The notes under the pieces: generated by a model | Database searches by the model: none | Told to the model about the DNA's origin: nothing | The model's input: the letters and a program-made list of their open reading frames with translations, nothing else | Program-made: the position numbers and the translations under genes | Part shown: positions 11,603 through 23,610 of the stretch, piece by piece | Position numbering within the stretch: position 1 is the first letter of the stretch | Layout of the letters: each line of letters begins with the position of its first letter | Source: Negaprion brevirostris | Taxonomy: Eukaryota | Assembly (NCBI GenBank): GCA_030324005.1 | Contig: JARDVH010000193.1 | Location: forward strand, 29,256,371-29,320,370 | Direction: 5' to 3' | Length of the DNA stretch: 64,000 nucleotides

Positions 11603-13471
11603 TTTCAAAAGAGTCTCTCACTAATTTAAGAGCAAGTCAAGAACTCACTTGAGCAAATGACTTAACAGGGCATGTTTAACCCAGCCACTAGGGAGGATGG
11701 GAGACAGAAAGTACAACAACATATGAAAATAAATCTCAATGTGTCCTTTCAATTTTTAAAATGGTTGGAATTTTTCCTACTAATTTTTTTAAAGGCTAAT
11801 AGGCATTGATTAAATTGAAGGATGTCAGCAGTGGGGTTGAAATAATGTCTTTCTTTGATATTCAGAATTAGCACTGAACACTTACAAGTAATATGCAGTA
11901 CCGTAGAGTTAGAACTCCCTCTGATACCCGTCAAACACTTTCTTAACTTCCAGCGATAGAAGACATAGCTTCATCTTACCAGTGCAAATCTTCCNNNNNN
12001 NNNNNNNNNNNNNNNNNNNNNNNNNNNNNNNNNNNNNNNNNNNNNNNNNNNNNNNNNNNNNNNNNNNNNNNNNNNNNNNNNNNNNNNNNNNNNNNNNNNN
12101 NNNNNNNNNNNNNNNNNNNNNNNNNNNNNNNNNNNNNNNNNNNNNNNNNNNNNNNNNNNNNNNNNNNNNNNNNNNNNNNNNNNNNNNNNNNNNNNNNNNN
12201 NNNNNNNNNNNNNNNNNNNNNNNNNNNNNNNNNNNNNNNNNNNNNNNNNNNNNNNNNNNNNNNNNNNNNNNNNNNNNNNNNNNNNNNNNNNNNNNNNNNN
12301 NNNNNNNNNNNNNNNNNNNNNNNNNNNNNNNNNNNNNNNNNNNNNNNNNNNNNNNNNNNNNNNNNNNNNNNNNNNNNNNNNNNNNNNNNNNNNNNNNNNN
12401 NNNNNNNNNNNNNNNNNNNNNNNNNNNNNNNNNNNNNNNNNNNNNNNNNNNNNNNNNNNNNNNNNNNNNNNNNNNNNNNNNNNNNNNNNNNNNNNNNNNN
12501 NNNNNNNNNNNNNNNNNNNNNNNNNNNNNNNNNNNNNNNNNNNNNNNNNNNNNNNNNNNNNNNNNNNNNNNNNNNNNAGGAGTTGAATTTAGGATTTCCA
12601 AACATGAGCCATATATTAAGCTCGTAAGACTACTCAATCCCAGCCCAAAATCCCAAGATCACTGTAGTAAATCATTGCTCCACCCATATTTTATAAACAT
12701 AGTGATGTTATGCCATACATGAGAGAGAGGGGGGACACATCCCAGAACCTGGGAATAACTTTGGTATTTTTAGCTGTGGTGGGTCTCAGAGGATAGTGCT
12801 CTCCCAATTCTGTGTGATCCTCAATTGTGCCAGCATTGAATGCAGTTTGAAAATTTCAAACTACTAGTTTTGAAGCAAACGTCCAGTTATGTTGATGTGT
12901 ACTAATACTGTGGTGAATATGGTGTTATCTCCATTACATACAAGGGAAACTGAGTCATTATACTTTACCTTAAATATAAGGTAGTGTTTTCCATGATAAA
13001 TCACAAACGAATAAGGTGAGATCCTTTAGCAGTACCCCAGAGGATAAACCAAAGAAAGAGCAAAGTACAGTATATACACATTTTAAAATTGTGATAATGT
13101 TCAGCTATCCCTGAGGTGAGATTGGTAAGATGTACAACCTCAAGTTTAAAACAGCTGTCAAATTATATCTGTGTAAGTGGATAAGTTATTTTATACCGAA
13201 TCATTTAAAATCAGGTGGAAGCTCAACTGAATGTCTTTGGAAGTTTACGACACCAGGTAGAACAGATGTGCATACGTTGGATGCTGATTCAATAACTAAG
13301 GTGTACAAATAAGAAGATACACATCAGCAAAATCAGTATCACAGAGGTGAAACTGAACACAACAATGTTAGCTTTGAATTTGATGAGCTTTGCTTGTTTG
13401 CCTCTGTTACACACCTGTAGTTTAAAAACAGCCAGGTCTGAATTCAACAGCACACCAACTGTATGGTCATA

Positions 13472-13590
13472 AAGGCCAGAATTCTTCTATCCTGCCCACC
13501 TATAGTGGGCAGGGGGCAGACCATGCAAAGGTCCACTGATCTCTGGCGGGTTCTCCAGTTTTGAGGTGAGCGTGGCCGGAGAATCCCGTC
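13472..13590. mobile_element. Short MITE (Harbinger-like TIRs)
   Basis: Begins GGCCAGAATTCT, ends GGAGAATCCCGTC; related in reverse to 22308-22446. Confidence 0.6.
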
Positions 13591-13980
13591 AGAAGCATCT
13601 GCAACAAGAACCCAGTTCAGCAGGTTGGACCTAATCGGGCTGATTGATGTGGACCTGTTTTGTAGATAATCCTGGTATTCACCTGGATTCGGTTCCTGGG
13701 TCAATGCTGGTGAATTTATTTACGCTATTTACTGTTCAGTCATTGGACTCAGGTATTTTGGATGATCTCAGCAAGGTTAGCAGCGAGTCTTAGGCTAAGG
13801 GGAAGGAAAATGAACTGGATTTTGACTTCTCATCACTGCTGAAGAAGCCCTTGTTAGATTTATGCAGATACAAGGTGAAAACAAGATTGAAATTACTGTG
13901 TCTTCTGTAATGACGCTACTAATAAAGAATGGCAGCATTGTTAATGCACCCCAACAAGAATCCATACAGAATCCTTTTTG

Positions 13981-14300
13981 TAGAATTCTTGCAGTGCAGA
14001 AGGAGGCCATTTGGCCCATCAAGCCTGCACAGAGAAAATCTCACCCAGACCCTTTCCCTGCAACTCCCATATTTACTCTACTTGTCCCCCTGATAGTAAG
14101 GGGCAATTTAGCATGGCTAATTCACCTAATCCGCACATCTTTGGACGATGAGAGGAAACTGGAAGGAAACCCAGAGGAAACACGCGCAGACATTGGGAGC
14201 ACGTGCAAACTCCGCACAGACAGTGACCCGAGACCGGATTTGAACCCGGGTCTCTGGTGCTGTGAAGCAGCAGTGCTAACCACTATGCCACCGTGTCACC
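13981..14300 (-). mobile_element. HE1-like V-SINE with CR1/HER1-type tail
   Basis: Head, V-domain, and tail GGGCCAAATGGCCTCCTTCTGCACTGCAAGAATTCTA on minus. Confidence 0.88.
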
Positions 14301-17300
14301 ATACCTTCAAATGACAAGGGAACGCTGGGGTGAGGGGGGAAAACAAATATTGCAATTGTTTATTTTGAATTCACATGCTTACTTAGCTTCAGATTTGCAT
14401 TGAGCTAGGCTAAATTTCTGCATTCAAGTAGTGATACTGTCAAATAGATATTTGACCGATGAAGTTGACTCCAGAAAAATTTTGAAGTGCGCTGGCCCCT
14501 TGAATGTACAATACAAATCATATTCTCTACAAAATACACATTATCATAAATGACGGAACTAATTGTATTCAGTAATTTTCAGTAGAAAGTTTGAGTGGAT
14601 TTGATTTGTTTTTCAGATAAATTTTGGTTGATTGGGACAACTTCTTTTATGTGGTGGCTTAGATATTGTTTTGTGATTGATTAACATTATTTTTAAAACG
14701 GTGTTGGTATTTTTTTCCCAAAATATCACTATTTTCTTGAGCCTCCATATTCCACAAGGGTAATATGGCCTGCACAGAAATTAATGCGACTGCATTATTA
14801 TTATGTAGCCCCCCCGCCCCCCGCACCACCCCCGCTCCCAATGTACTACCATGTTAGATTGCATAGCATTCGTTCCTGTGCAAACAGCACCAAGAGGAAA
14901 GTTGAAAATTCAATCTCAAGACTTCACAGGCAAACTTAGCTGGAACTCCAGAAGGTCATCCAGCATTTGGTAGTTTAAGTTTTATGTAAATGATCTCAAC
15001 AGACAAGACTTTGGGTCCTCATCCCATGGACGGCCCGCCAGACGCCTGTTAATTGTCTGAATGGCTCATAATTTATCGACCTTCCAAAAAGTAGAAAAAT
15101 TAGTCTTCATTTGTCAGCTCTCCACGCTGTTATGGCTACATATGCCTTCAGTCTACAGGTTTTTAAGGCTGTAATATTGCAGGCAAAAGACTCTGCTTCT
15201 TATAATGTTAGAAAGGCTGAAAAATAAATTTACTCGGTCCCCCAAGAATTCTGTTACTCTGAATAGATAGTTTTTAAATGTGGCATTACCTAGACTAGAG
15301 CTACCCTTTCACTAGGCCATTATTCTGGCCTGAAACACTCTCATGTAGGTCGCACTTAACCTGCTACTGTGCACCGAATGACAATATCTTACAGGCATCC
15401 AGTATAGTTGAAACAGCAGAGAGAAGAGGAGTGGAAACCTAGCAGATTACATCATCTCACTGTTGCTACCATTGTTGTCAGGCTTCTGGGAATGAATGGA
15501 ATTACTAACTGCTCCCACCCCAGAGCAGACTTTCTAGTAATTAATTTCAGAGTGGAAATCAAGCATTACCACACCTGTCTTCACCCACCTGAATTACTCC
15601 ACGGGTGTGCCTTAAGTCCAAAAGATATCGGGTACTGTAATCTTTAATGTTGGCATTGGCACTCCCATATGAAACAGTTACGCAGCTAGATATTTATTGT
15701 TCAGTTATTATTGATTGAATAAATGACTATTGCTCAAGATATTTCAATTTCTTTTGTACTTGATTAATGACAAGCTGAATAAATGGGTTCTAGTTTGTGT
15801 GGATTTTGATTCCCATAACAGGGGGCAGTGCCATTTTATTTTTTTAAATGTACCTCTAATGCACTAAGGAGTTGCATATTCTCATTTGAACACTAGATAT
15901 TGACTGTGCTGTCCTGCAGGGAGAGACTGGAGATTATAGTTTGTCAAACGTATCACCAATATTACAAGCATTGTATCATTGCCAAGAATTGGAATGAGTG
16001 GGATTTAGTCAAAAAATAGCTTCAGGGGCTGGGGGAGCCTGCAGCTATAGAGGGGTCTTCAAAGATCTAAAAATTAATGCAAAAATTAAAATCATCTTAA
16101 GGAAACTGAAAATGCTTCTGGCAATAACAGACTGCAGCATCTCAAAGTGCATTCTGATTTCTTTTAAGCAATAAGCACATTTATCTGGTGGCGCAGAGTG
16201 TGTGGGAGATGAACCCCGGATGCTTTCTTGAAGGTAGCTTCAATAATCTAAATTTATTGACGGCTGGAGGGTCCATCCACTTTGAAACAAATAATCAGAC
16301 TTTTAATATTTTTTTTGCAGATATAGAAGTCGCTGTTTTGAAAGTGACAGGGTTGGCAATTTACACTATCAATTTTTTGCAAAAAAAATCAATAAATATT
16401 GCGCAATACCACCCTGTGTCATCTTTAAAAAGCAGCTGTTGTTCAATTAACCAAGTTTTAGACAGGCAGTTATTTACTAATTCAGAGCAAGAGTTGATGT
16501 CATTAAAAGCAATGCTCACCCTAAACAATCCATAAACCATTCTACTCGCCCAAGTTTCTGCTTGCCGGGCACCACTTGAATGATTCAGTGTTACTGGCGG
16601 AAGAAAGAAAGCTTACAACACATAGGAAATAGGGAGTCAGATGTGTTTAATGTAAATATGCTGTCAGATCCCTTTCAGTAAATGACATGAGCAGATGATT
16701 AACAGTGTTCTCAATAGTTTTTTGCATAATCTGCCAATTTAGTGGAACACTTCAACTATTCTCACAGAACATTAATTTTGTCATTTAAGATTTTGTAAAT
16801 GTTCAACTATGAAGCTGTTATACGAATAAAACTATAGTTACTACTTGTAGCAGTAAGAACCTATAAATCCCCAGATCGCTACATACTTGAGTGCATTCTT
16901 GCTGGACAAGAAGAGTAGTTTTAGGGAGATAATATGCATTTTTTTTACTCTGCACAGTCTACATATATCATACTTATTAAATGGAACTGCCAACATTGCT
17001 CATCATTATTTCAATGAAGTTTAAAAAAAAATTCAGACTAACGTCTTAATTTACATTTTCAGGACTGACATAAAATATCAGGGTCAGAACAGGTGGGTAA
17101 AGATTCTGAAATTTATACATTCTTCATTATTCTATAATAGTGAGTGATTTTTTTTTACGAAAATGAAAACAAAGCAACTTAAAAGAGATAAAAAGGGAAT
17201 CCAAACTCATGTCCCTTGGGTGTTCTAAGATCTATGAGATTGTAAAAATTCTGTAGGATTTATGATTCATTTTATAGGTTTTTTAGAATTTATTAAAAAA

Positions 17301-17565
17301 AAGCTATGCTAAGAGCTTCATGGAGTCTGCAGAAATGCTCTGAATAATATCCTATGGAATATCCTGCACTGACTAACAAAGAGGGCTAATCTCCACTGGA
17401 TTTGTGGGAAGTATCATTTTCTGTACTTCTCCATCGTGGCAGCTGTGTATTGGTTTTACAGGCTTGTGATTCCATAAAGTGCTATTAAAAGATGCCTTCA
17501 CTGTACAAACATTTAAACCTAACAATAAGGTGCTGACATTCTCAAAACCTCTTCAAAATGTTACC

Positions 17566-18157
17566 AACGAACAAAGGAAAGTACAGCACAGGAACAGGTC
17601 CTTTGGCCCTCCAAGCCTGCGCTGATCATGATGACCAAACTAAACTTAAAAAAAACTTCTGCCCTTCCTCAGTCCATATCCCTCCCTAATCATGTACTCA
17701 CCCAGATGCCTCTTAAATGTTGCTAATGTGCCTGCTCCTTAAAAGAGGCCACCAGCTCTGACAGCATGTCCGGGGCACTTATCACTCTCTGAGTGAAAAA
17801 TTCCCTCCGCACTTTCCCCCTCTCACCTTGAACCTGTGCCTTCTTGTAATTGACACTTACACCCTGGAAAAAGTCTCTGGCTGTCCACCCTGCCTATGCC
17901 TCTCATAATTTGTATCTATCAGGTGTCTCTTCAGCCTCTGTCTTTCCAATGAAAGCAATCGTAGTTTATTCAACCTCTCCTCGTAGTCAACACTCTCGAG
18001 ACCAGGCAACATCCTGGTGAACAACCTTTGCGCACTTTCCAAAGTTTCCATGCCCTCCTGCTGGTGTGGTGATCAGAACTGCACGCAATATTCCAAATGC
18101 AGCCTAACCAAGGTTTTGTACAGCTACAACATGATTTCCCAACTCGTGTACTCAATG
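17566..18157 (-). mobile_element. CR1 LINE 3' fragment
   Basis: METLESAQRLFTRMLPGLESVDYEERLNKLRLLSLERQRL plus tail GGCTTGGAGGGCCAAAGGACCTGTTCCTGTGCTGTAC. Confidence 0.9.
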
Positions 18158-19008
18158 TCCACATCTTTTCATTTGGGATGGTGGAAGAACATAATTTGGA
18201 ATCATACATGTGTGAGGCATTGCATGTATAATGTAGTCATGCATATATATGATAGTGTATGTATGTATAGTGCAGTAACTCCACTTCTGCTATAATAAAG
18301 TAATAAAGAGAACAAAATTCCAGATGCACAAAAACTGAGTCAGGGCATGAACTTTGAAGATTTAATATGTTTTTTGAACTGGTAATGTGGAAAATAATGG
18401 GTCTTAAGATAAACAACTCTTCAGGACCTGGTGGCTTTCCATGTTGGGGTACTAAGCAAAATAGAGGACGAAATTGGAGATGCATTAGTCATAACATTCC
18501 AAAGATTACTAGTTTCAGAAATCATGTCTTTGGATTGGAAACTTGGAAATGATGCTCCATTATGTATGAAGGGAGGGAGAAACTTGATTCAGACTCACCA
18601 GTTCACCATCAATTGTGAAATAAGTTATTGGAATCTATTATGAGCAACAAAGTGACTATGCACTTGGATAGCCATCAGCATCAACGAGTATCGGCATGTA
18701 TTTACAAAGGCTAGGTTGTGTATGAGTAACCTGGTTGAACTTTTTGAGGAGATGCATGGTGGACAGGGAAGTGTCAGTGGATGTTTTTGATGTGAATTTC
18801 CAGAAGACGTTACTTGATGAGTGTTGGCATGAGAGATTACTCGCAAAAATGAGTATGTATAGAATTGGAGGTAAACTTGTTACATGAATTGATAATTGGT
18901 CAGTCGGAGAATGAGAGTATAGGGATAAAGGAAACACTCTGGTAAGGTATGATAAGTAGTGTGTCCTCAGGAACTGTACAATGGTCTCAGCTTTTCAGTG
19001 TGTATAAT

Positions 19009-19560
19009 GGGCCAGAATTTGCTGGCAACATAATGATGAGATTAATGCACACACTGTCATTAGTGATGTAAATCATTTGGCGATTTGTGACGAGTAAGAG
19101 TTACCCTGCTGGATGATTTGCACCATTCTATTGTGAACTTTGCAAAAACAGCAGCCGCCCTCAACCTCCCCCATCAGTTTCAAGAAATTGCTGATTTGTA
19201 TATGAATTAAGTTTCTGAACATTTCTAACCTTAATATTTTTTTCTTCCTTTTCCTTTCCATTTTTTTCTCTATATCTCAATTCAGTCTTTCCTTTGCTTT
19301 ATTTCTCTTTCTGGACCTGATCTGACCTTAACGTACAATATTTCCCTCTTCATTCCTCTGCTTCTTTCTCAATCCTTAAATCTCATTGGTTAAGGACGGC
19401 TAGTTCTGTCATTCACAGAATTCCTAGATGTCCCATTGCCCCTCACGACATCGTTGTCAGGTCAAATTTTCAGCAATTTATGGCACAACTAAACATTGAG
19501 CAGAAGAGTGAGGGAGAAAGTTGAACATGATGAGATAACCCGCTTCAGAAAATCCTGGGC
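19009..19560. mobile_element. Non-autonomous TIR element (Harbinger-like) inserted in CR1
   Basis: GGGCCAGAATTT at the left end, AAAATCCTGGGC at the right end; CR1 colinearity resumes after it. Confidence 0.62.
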
Positions 19561-19989
19561 TTTTAATGACTTAGATGAAGAAGTGGAGAGCTGTATATCC
19601 GGTTTGTTGGTGGTTGTGTGGAAGTTACAAAGGTGCATGGCCAGACTCAGTGAGTAGGCAAAATTATAACAAATGGATTTCAATGGGGAATGAGTTTCCA
19701 ATTCAAGAAAGAAAAATCAGAATATTTTCTGAATAATGAGAGACTGATCTGTGAAAGAGCAAAGGGAATTTAGATGTCCATGGACCACAGATACAAAATA
19801 ACAAAGAGAGAAAAGCTAACTGGACATTGCCCTTCATCTCATTCAAAACTGAGGAAAGGATGCTTCAGTTGTGTAGAGCCATGCTGAAATCCCACATGGA
19901 GTGCTTCATTCAGTGTTGGGCACTGTGCTGTATATTGGGTGGGAAAGCACAGATGTTCCCACTCTGATCTCTTGTTCGTCCTTCACTCC

Positions 19990-20206
19990 CTTTACCTTAT
20001 TATTAGTGACTGTGCCCTAAGTTTGCTCTCTAAACCTCCCTACCTGTCTCTTTAAGACCTTCCTTAAAACCTATCTTTTGGACCAAGCTTGTCTGAATTA
20101 ACCTGATGTTTCCTTTTTGGTTCCATATTAATTTTTGTCTGATTATATCCTGTGAAGAGTTTTGTGATGTTTTGCCATGTTAAAGGTTCTGCATAAATGC
20201 AAGTTT
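19990..20206 (+). mobile_element. L2-type LINE 3' end inserted in CR1
   Basis: TTTAAGACCTTCCTTAAAACCTATCTTTT (FKTFLKTYL) and tail CCTGTGAAG..GTTAAAGG..ATAAATGCAAGTT. Confidence 0.7.
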
Positions 20207-21911
20207 CAATTGGTTGTATCAGGGCTTATAGGAAGGATAAAGTTATGAGGATTGGTTGCATAAACTTGGCTTCCACTCCCTTGAGTTTAGATGGTTGAGG
20301 AGTAATCCATTTTGAGGTATATAAAATGATTAAGGGATTCAGTGTGGTAGATTTCTTCTGGTGGGGGAATCTGGAACGAGAAAATAACCATATGCTGTAG
20401 ACCTAGGTCATTTTGGAGTGAAATCGTGAAATATCTTTCTGTACAAAGTATAGTGGGAATCTGGAACTAGTTACTCCAAGGCTGTAGATGCCCCATCAAT
20501 TGAAACATTGGAGAATGTAATAGCTAGATTTTAGTTAGATAAGAATATCAAAGGATCTGGAGTGAAAATAAATAAATGAAATTGAGGTATGATCTAATTC
20601 AATAGAAGAATTCTATGATTCTACATATAAAGGCAATGAATGGTGAAGTTATGTTACTAAAACTATTTATTAAGGTAATCAGGATGAGAGTGAAATGCAG
20701 GAAAGATATTTTGTTTTAGGCCAAAATAAAGCCTTCACATCTAGAGTAGATTGTGCACGTGTGTATGGATGTTTCCTGATTTGAGAATTGAGTAAACATA
20801 GCCCCGATGCAATTTCCCCGTAATCTACTGCTAATTGTATTCCTCTGGGTTGAATCGTGAGGTTGCAAAGTGCTGCTATGACTCAGGGATGTTTATGTAG
20901 GCTCTGTGGCAAGGCCTATCAAACAAAATCAGAATGTATTTGTATAGAAATTCATGCAGGAGTGAAGAATACAGCCTCATTGCAAGGTCCAGATAATATT
21001 TCAATTATTATCTGAACTCCACAATGCCAGCATCATATACTGAACTCTTAATAATGGAAGGTACTTATACGGTGATTAAAAACTTCTAGTTTTTTTTCTG
21101 AATAGAATGGCAGTTCTTTTTAAAGTGAAGTTATTGTCATTTACAGTGAATTCAAATGTAAAGCTCTGTTTGTACTGCAAAAGTGATGATGCTCTCATTC
21201 ATGTACTGAGAGACTGCAGAGAATGAAACTCCAAAACTCTATTACCAGCCTTCACTGAGAAATAAAATTTGTAATCTCTTATTGTTTAACCAATCTGGAG
21301 AAGTGGAATACACGTTTGGTAATAACGATTGGTTATTACTTTAATGTTTGCAAAGTACCTGTTAACTTTTAATGAATTCCTTTGTCCATTATTTTAAATA
21401 GATTAACAGCTTTGTTAGAATAGTGGACAAAGGAATTTGACATTTGTTCATTACTATTTCAACCCTGCTGAAAACAATGGATTAGTGTTTCTTGTCATGA
21501 AGAGTTTAATATCTCTCCGCAATGAGGCCTTCAGTTGGGAGCTAATAACAGCAGAGGCGTGATGGGCTAAGCTTTCTCCTTCGGTGTTTAATTTCTGTGA
21601 TTCTACTGAGGACTTGAATATATAATCTATGTTGATAATTCAGTGTAAAACTAAGTGAGCTCTGATTTGTCAGAGATGGTTCAAAGAAGACACTAAACCA
21701 AAGCTGCATCTGCAATTCCTCCGATTTGTTAAGTATCTCATGGCATGATTGGAAATAGAACAGGGAGTTTCAACACCTTAACCAATTACAGCAAAATAGA
21801 TTAACTGGGGTTTCATTTAATTTCTGTTGTGACATAGCTGTATAAACAAAACAAAGGCTGCTGCTTTCACCCACATTTTAACAGTGGTCAAAGTAATGTA
21901 TGTCGTAATGT

Positions 21912-22030
21912 GGGCCAGAATTCTCTGACCTCGCCTGTGGCTGGGATTCCCCAATCCTGCTGTTTTGAATGGAGATTTGGCTGAGTACCAAATTCTCTGT
22001 TCTCATACGATACTGGAGAATTCTGACCAT
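21912..22030. mobile_element. Short MITE
   Basis: TIRs GGCCAGAATTCTC / GAGAATTCTGACC; same family as 22807-22937. Confidence 0.7.
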
Positions 22031-22307
22031 GGGTTCTTTAGATATCTCAATTATGAGAACTTGAGACTTGAACATTTAAGCATGAACTGTTTAATGTTAG
22101 TCTTTAACTATTTACAGATCCCAGGTTACTGTTATGCATGGAGCTGCTTCTCTATGCAAGTAGGCTGCTAAGGTGTTTCCTCTGAGTCTATTACCATGTG
22201 GCTTTATGCATCATACTGTGCGTTCGTGATGCTATTCCCACATTAACCCTTGCTCTGCCGACCAAGCATTGCATTACAATGGCATGCAGGCCCCAGAACA
22301 ATTCATT

Positions 22308-22446
22308 GGGCGGGATTTTCCAGCCGCACTCAACCCAAGACCAGAACATCCTGTCTGAGGCCAACAAACCTTTGCAGGGTCTGCGCCCTCCCCCCGACCC
22401 GCCCACTATGATTCCTATGGTGCGCGGGACAGGAAAATTCCCCCAA
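22308..22446. mobile_element. Short MITE
   Basis: TIRs GGGCGGGATTTTCC / GGAAAATTCCCCC; same TIR class as the Harbinger end at 3923-3933. Confidence 0.7.
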
Positions 22447-22806
22447 TACAATATGAAGCACTTGGGATGTTTCTGACAAATTTGACAAATCACTGCTGTA
22501 CAGTTGAGGTACAGATCATCACAATCTAACTGAATGGCAGTACGTACTTGAGGAATTGAATGGTCTCCCTCTTATTTCTATGCTCCTCTGCAATATAAAT
22601 CTAAATTTTGAGTTATGCGTAAAACATTACACTCCTAATAGCCACCCTGATCCCTTCTACAAGAGAATACTTCTTTTGAAAGAAACACCATTACAATCCA
22701 TATCTAAATACAAATTTTATGTAGAATGTATATTTAGTTACATTGCAATATATTACAAGCAATATACTGTAAGAGTTCCTGTAATTCTCAAAATCAAAAA
22801 CGTGAG

Positions 22807-22937
22807 GGGCCAGATTTTCCGACACCGCCTGTAGCTGGGATTCTCCAGTCCTGCTACAGTGAACAGACATTTGGCTAAGTGCCAAATTCCGTGTTCTTGC
22901 TGGCAGTGTCGGCTGCATGGTTCGAGAAACAGGACCA
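22807..22937. mobile_element. Short MITE, right end degraded
   Basis: GGGCCAGATTTTCC..CGCCTGTAGCTGGGATTC..ATTTGGCTAAGTGCCAAATT, similar to 21912-22030. Confidence 0.6.
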
Positions 22938-23350
22938 GGATGTGGATTTTAAAAAATCTAACTCTGAAGTTTGGTTCAGTTCTGCCTAAATCTGCCATTG
23001 TGTATCTATGAGATGGTAGAATTAGGGCCTAAATACTTAACAAGTGGGCATTGGTTTCCATTGATTCATTGAAGGCTCAGTAATGGTTAAATATTGTTAC
23101 AGATGTGATTTTCATTTTATAGTTGAGGAATTTAGAAGTATGATCATAGTTGTAAAGACAGGAAGGAGACTGAATGATAAATCATTACAGGAAGAATTCA
23201 GAAGATTAAACAGGGCTGTTAATTTGCAACAGTATTCACCAAAGGTGACACAAAACGAGCAAGAACCAGATTTTTCCTGAAATCCCTCCACTTTCTCCTT
23301 TTGAACTGGGGTGCAGTTTCACGGGTGGCTCCAGGAATGATTGTTGGATA

Positions 23351-23610
23351 TTTTTAAAAATGTATTTATTAGCTACAAGTAAGGCTTGCAATGAAGTTCC
23401 TGTGAAATTCCCCCAGTTGCCACACTCTGGTGCCTGTTCGCGTCAATGCACCCTAACCAGCACATCTTTCAGACTGTGGGAGGAAACTGGCACCCGGAGG
23501 AAACNNNNNNNNNNNNNNTGTGGAAACTTCACACAGACAGTGACTCAAACTGAGAATTGAACCGGGTCCCTGGTGCTGAGGTAGCAGTGCTAACCACTGT
23601 GCCACCATGC
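23351..23610 (-). mobile_element. V-SINE with type B tail (internal N-gap)
   Basis: Head GCATGGTGGCACAGTGGTTAGCACTGCT; tail GGGGGAATTTCACAGGAACTTCATTGCAAG on minus. Confidence 0.82.

Larger units (their letters stand above)
18380..20620 (+). mobile_element. Old CR1 ORF2 (RT domain to 3' end), interrupted by two younger insertions
   Basis: Colinear remnants: GLKINNSSGP, IGDALVITFQ, DWKLGNDAPL..KGGR, NLVELFEE, VDVFDVNFQK, then NDLDEEVESCIS at 19561, then SYEDWLHKLG..SLEFRWLR..EVYKMIKG from ~20240. Confidence 0.78.

Noticed and set aside
11909-12722. Long ORFs of 200+ aa (also 41590-42093, 49012-49699, 56201-56642)
   Set aside because: Artefacts of N-gaps translated as X.
16188-16535. 115-aa ORF as a small protein
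   Set aside because: GTG start, homopolymer runs, no recognisable domain; better explained as non-coding regulatory sequence.
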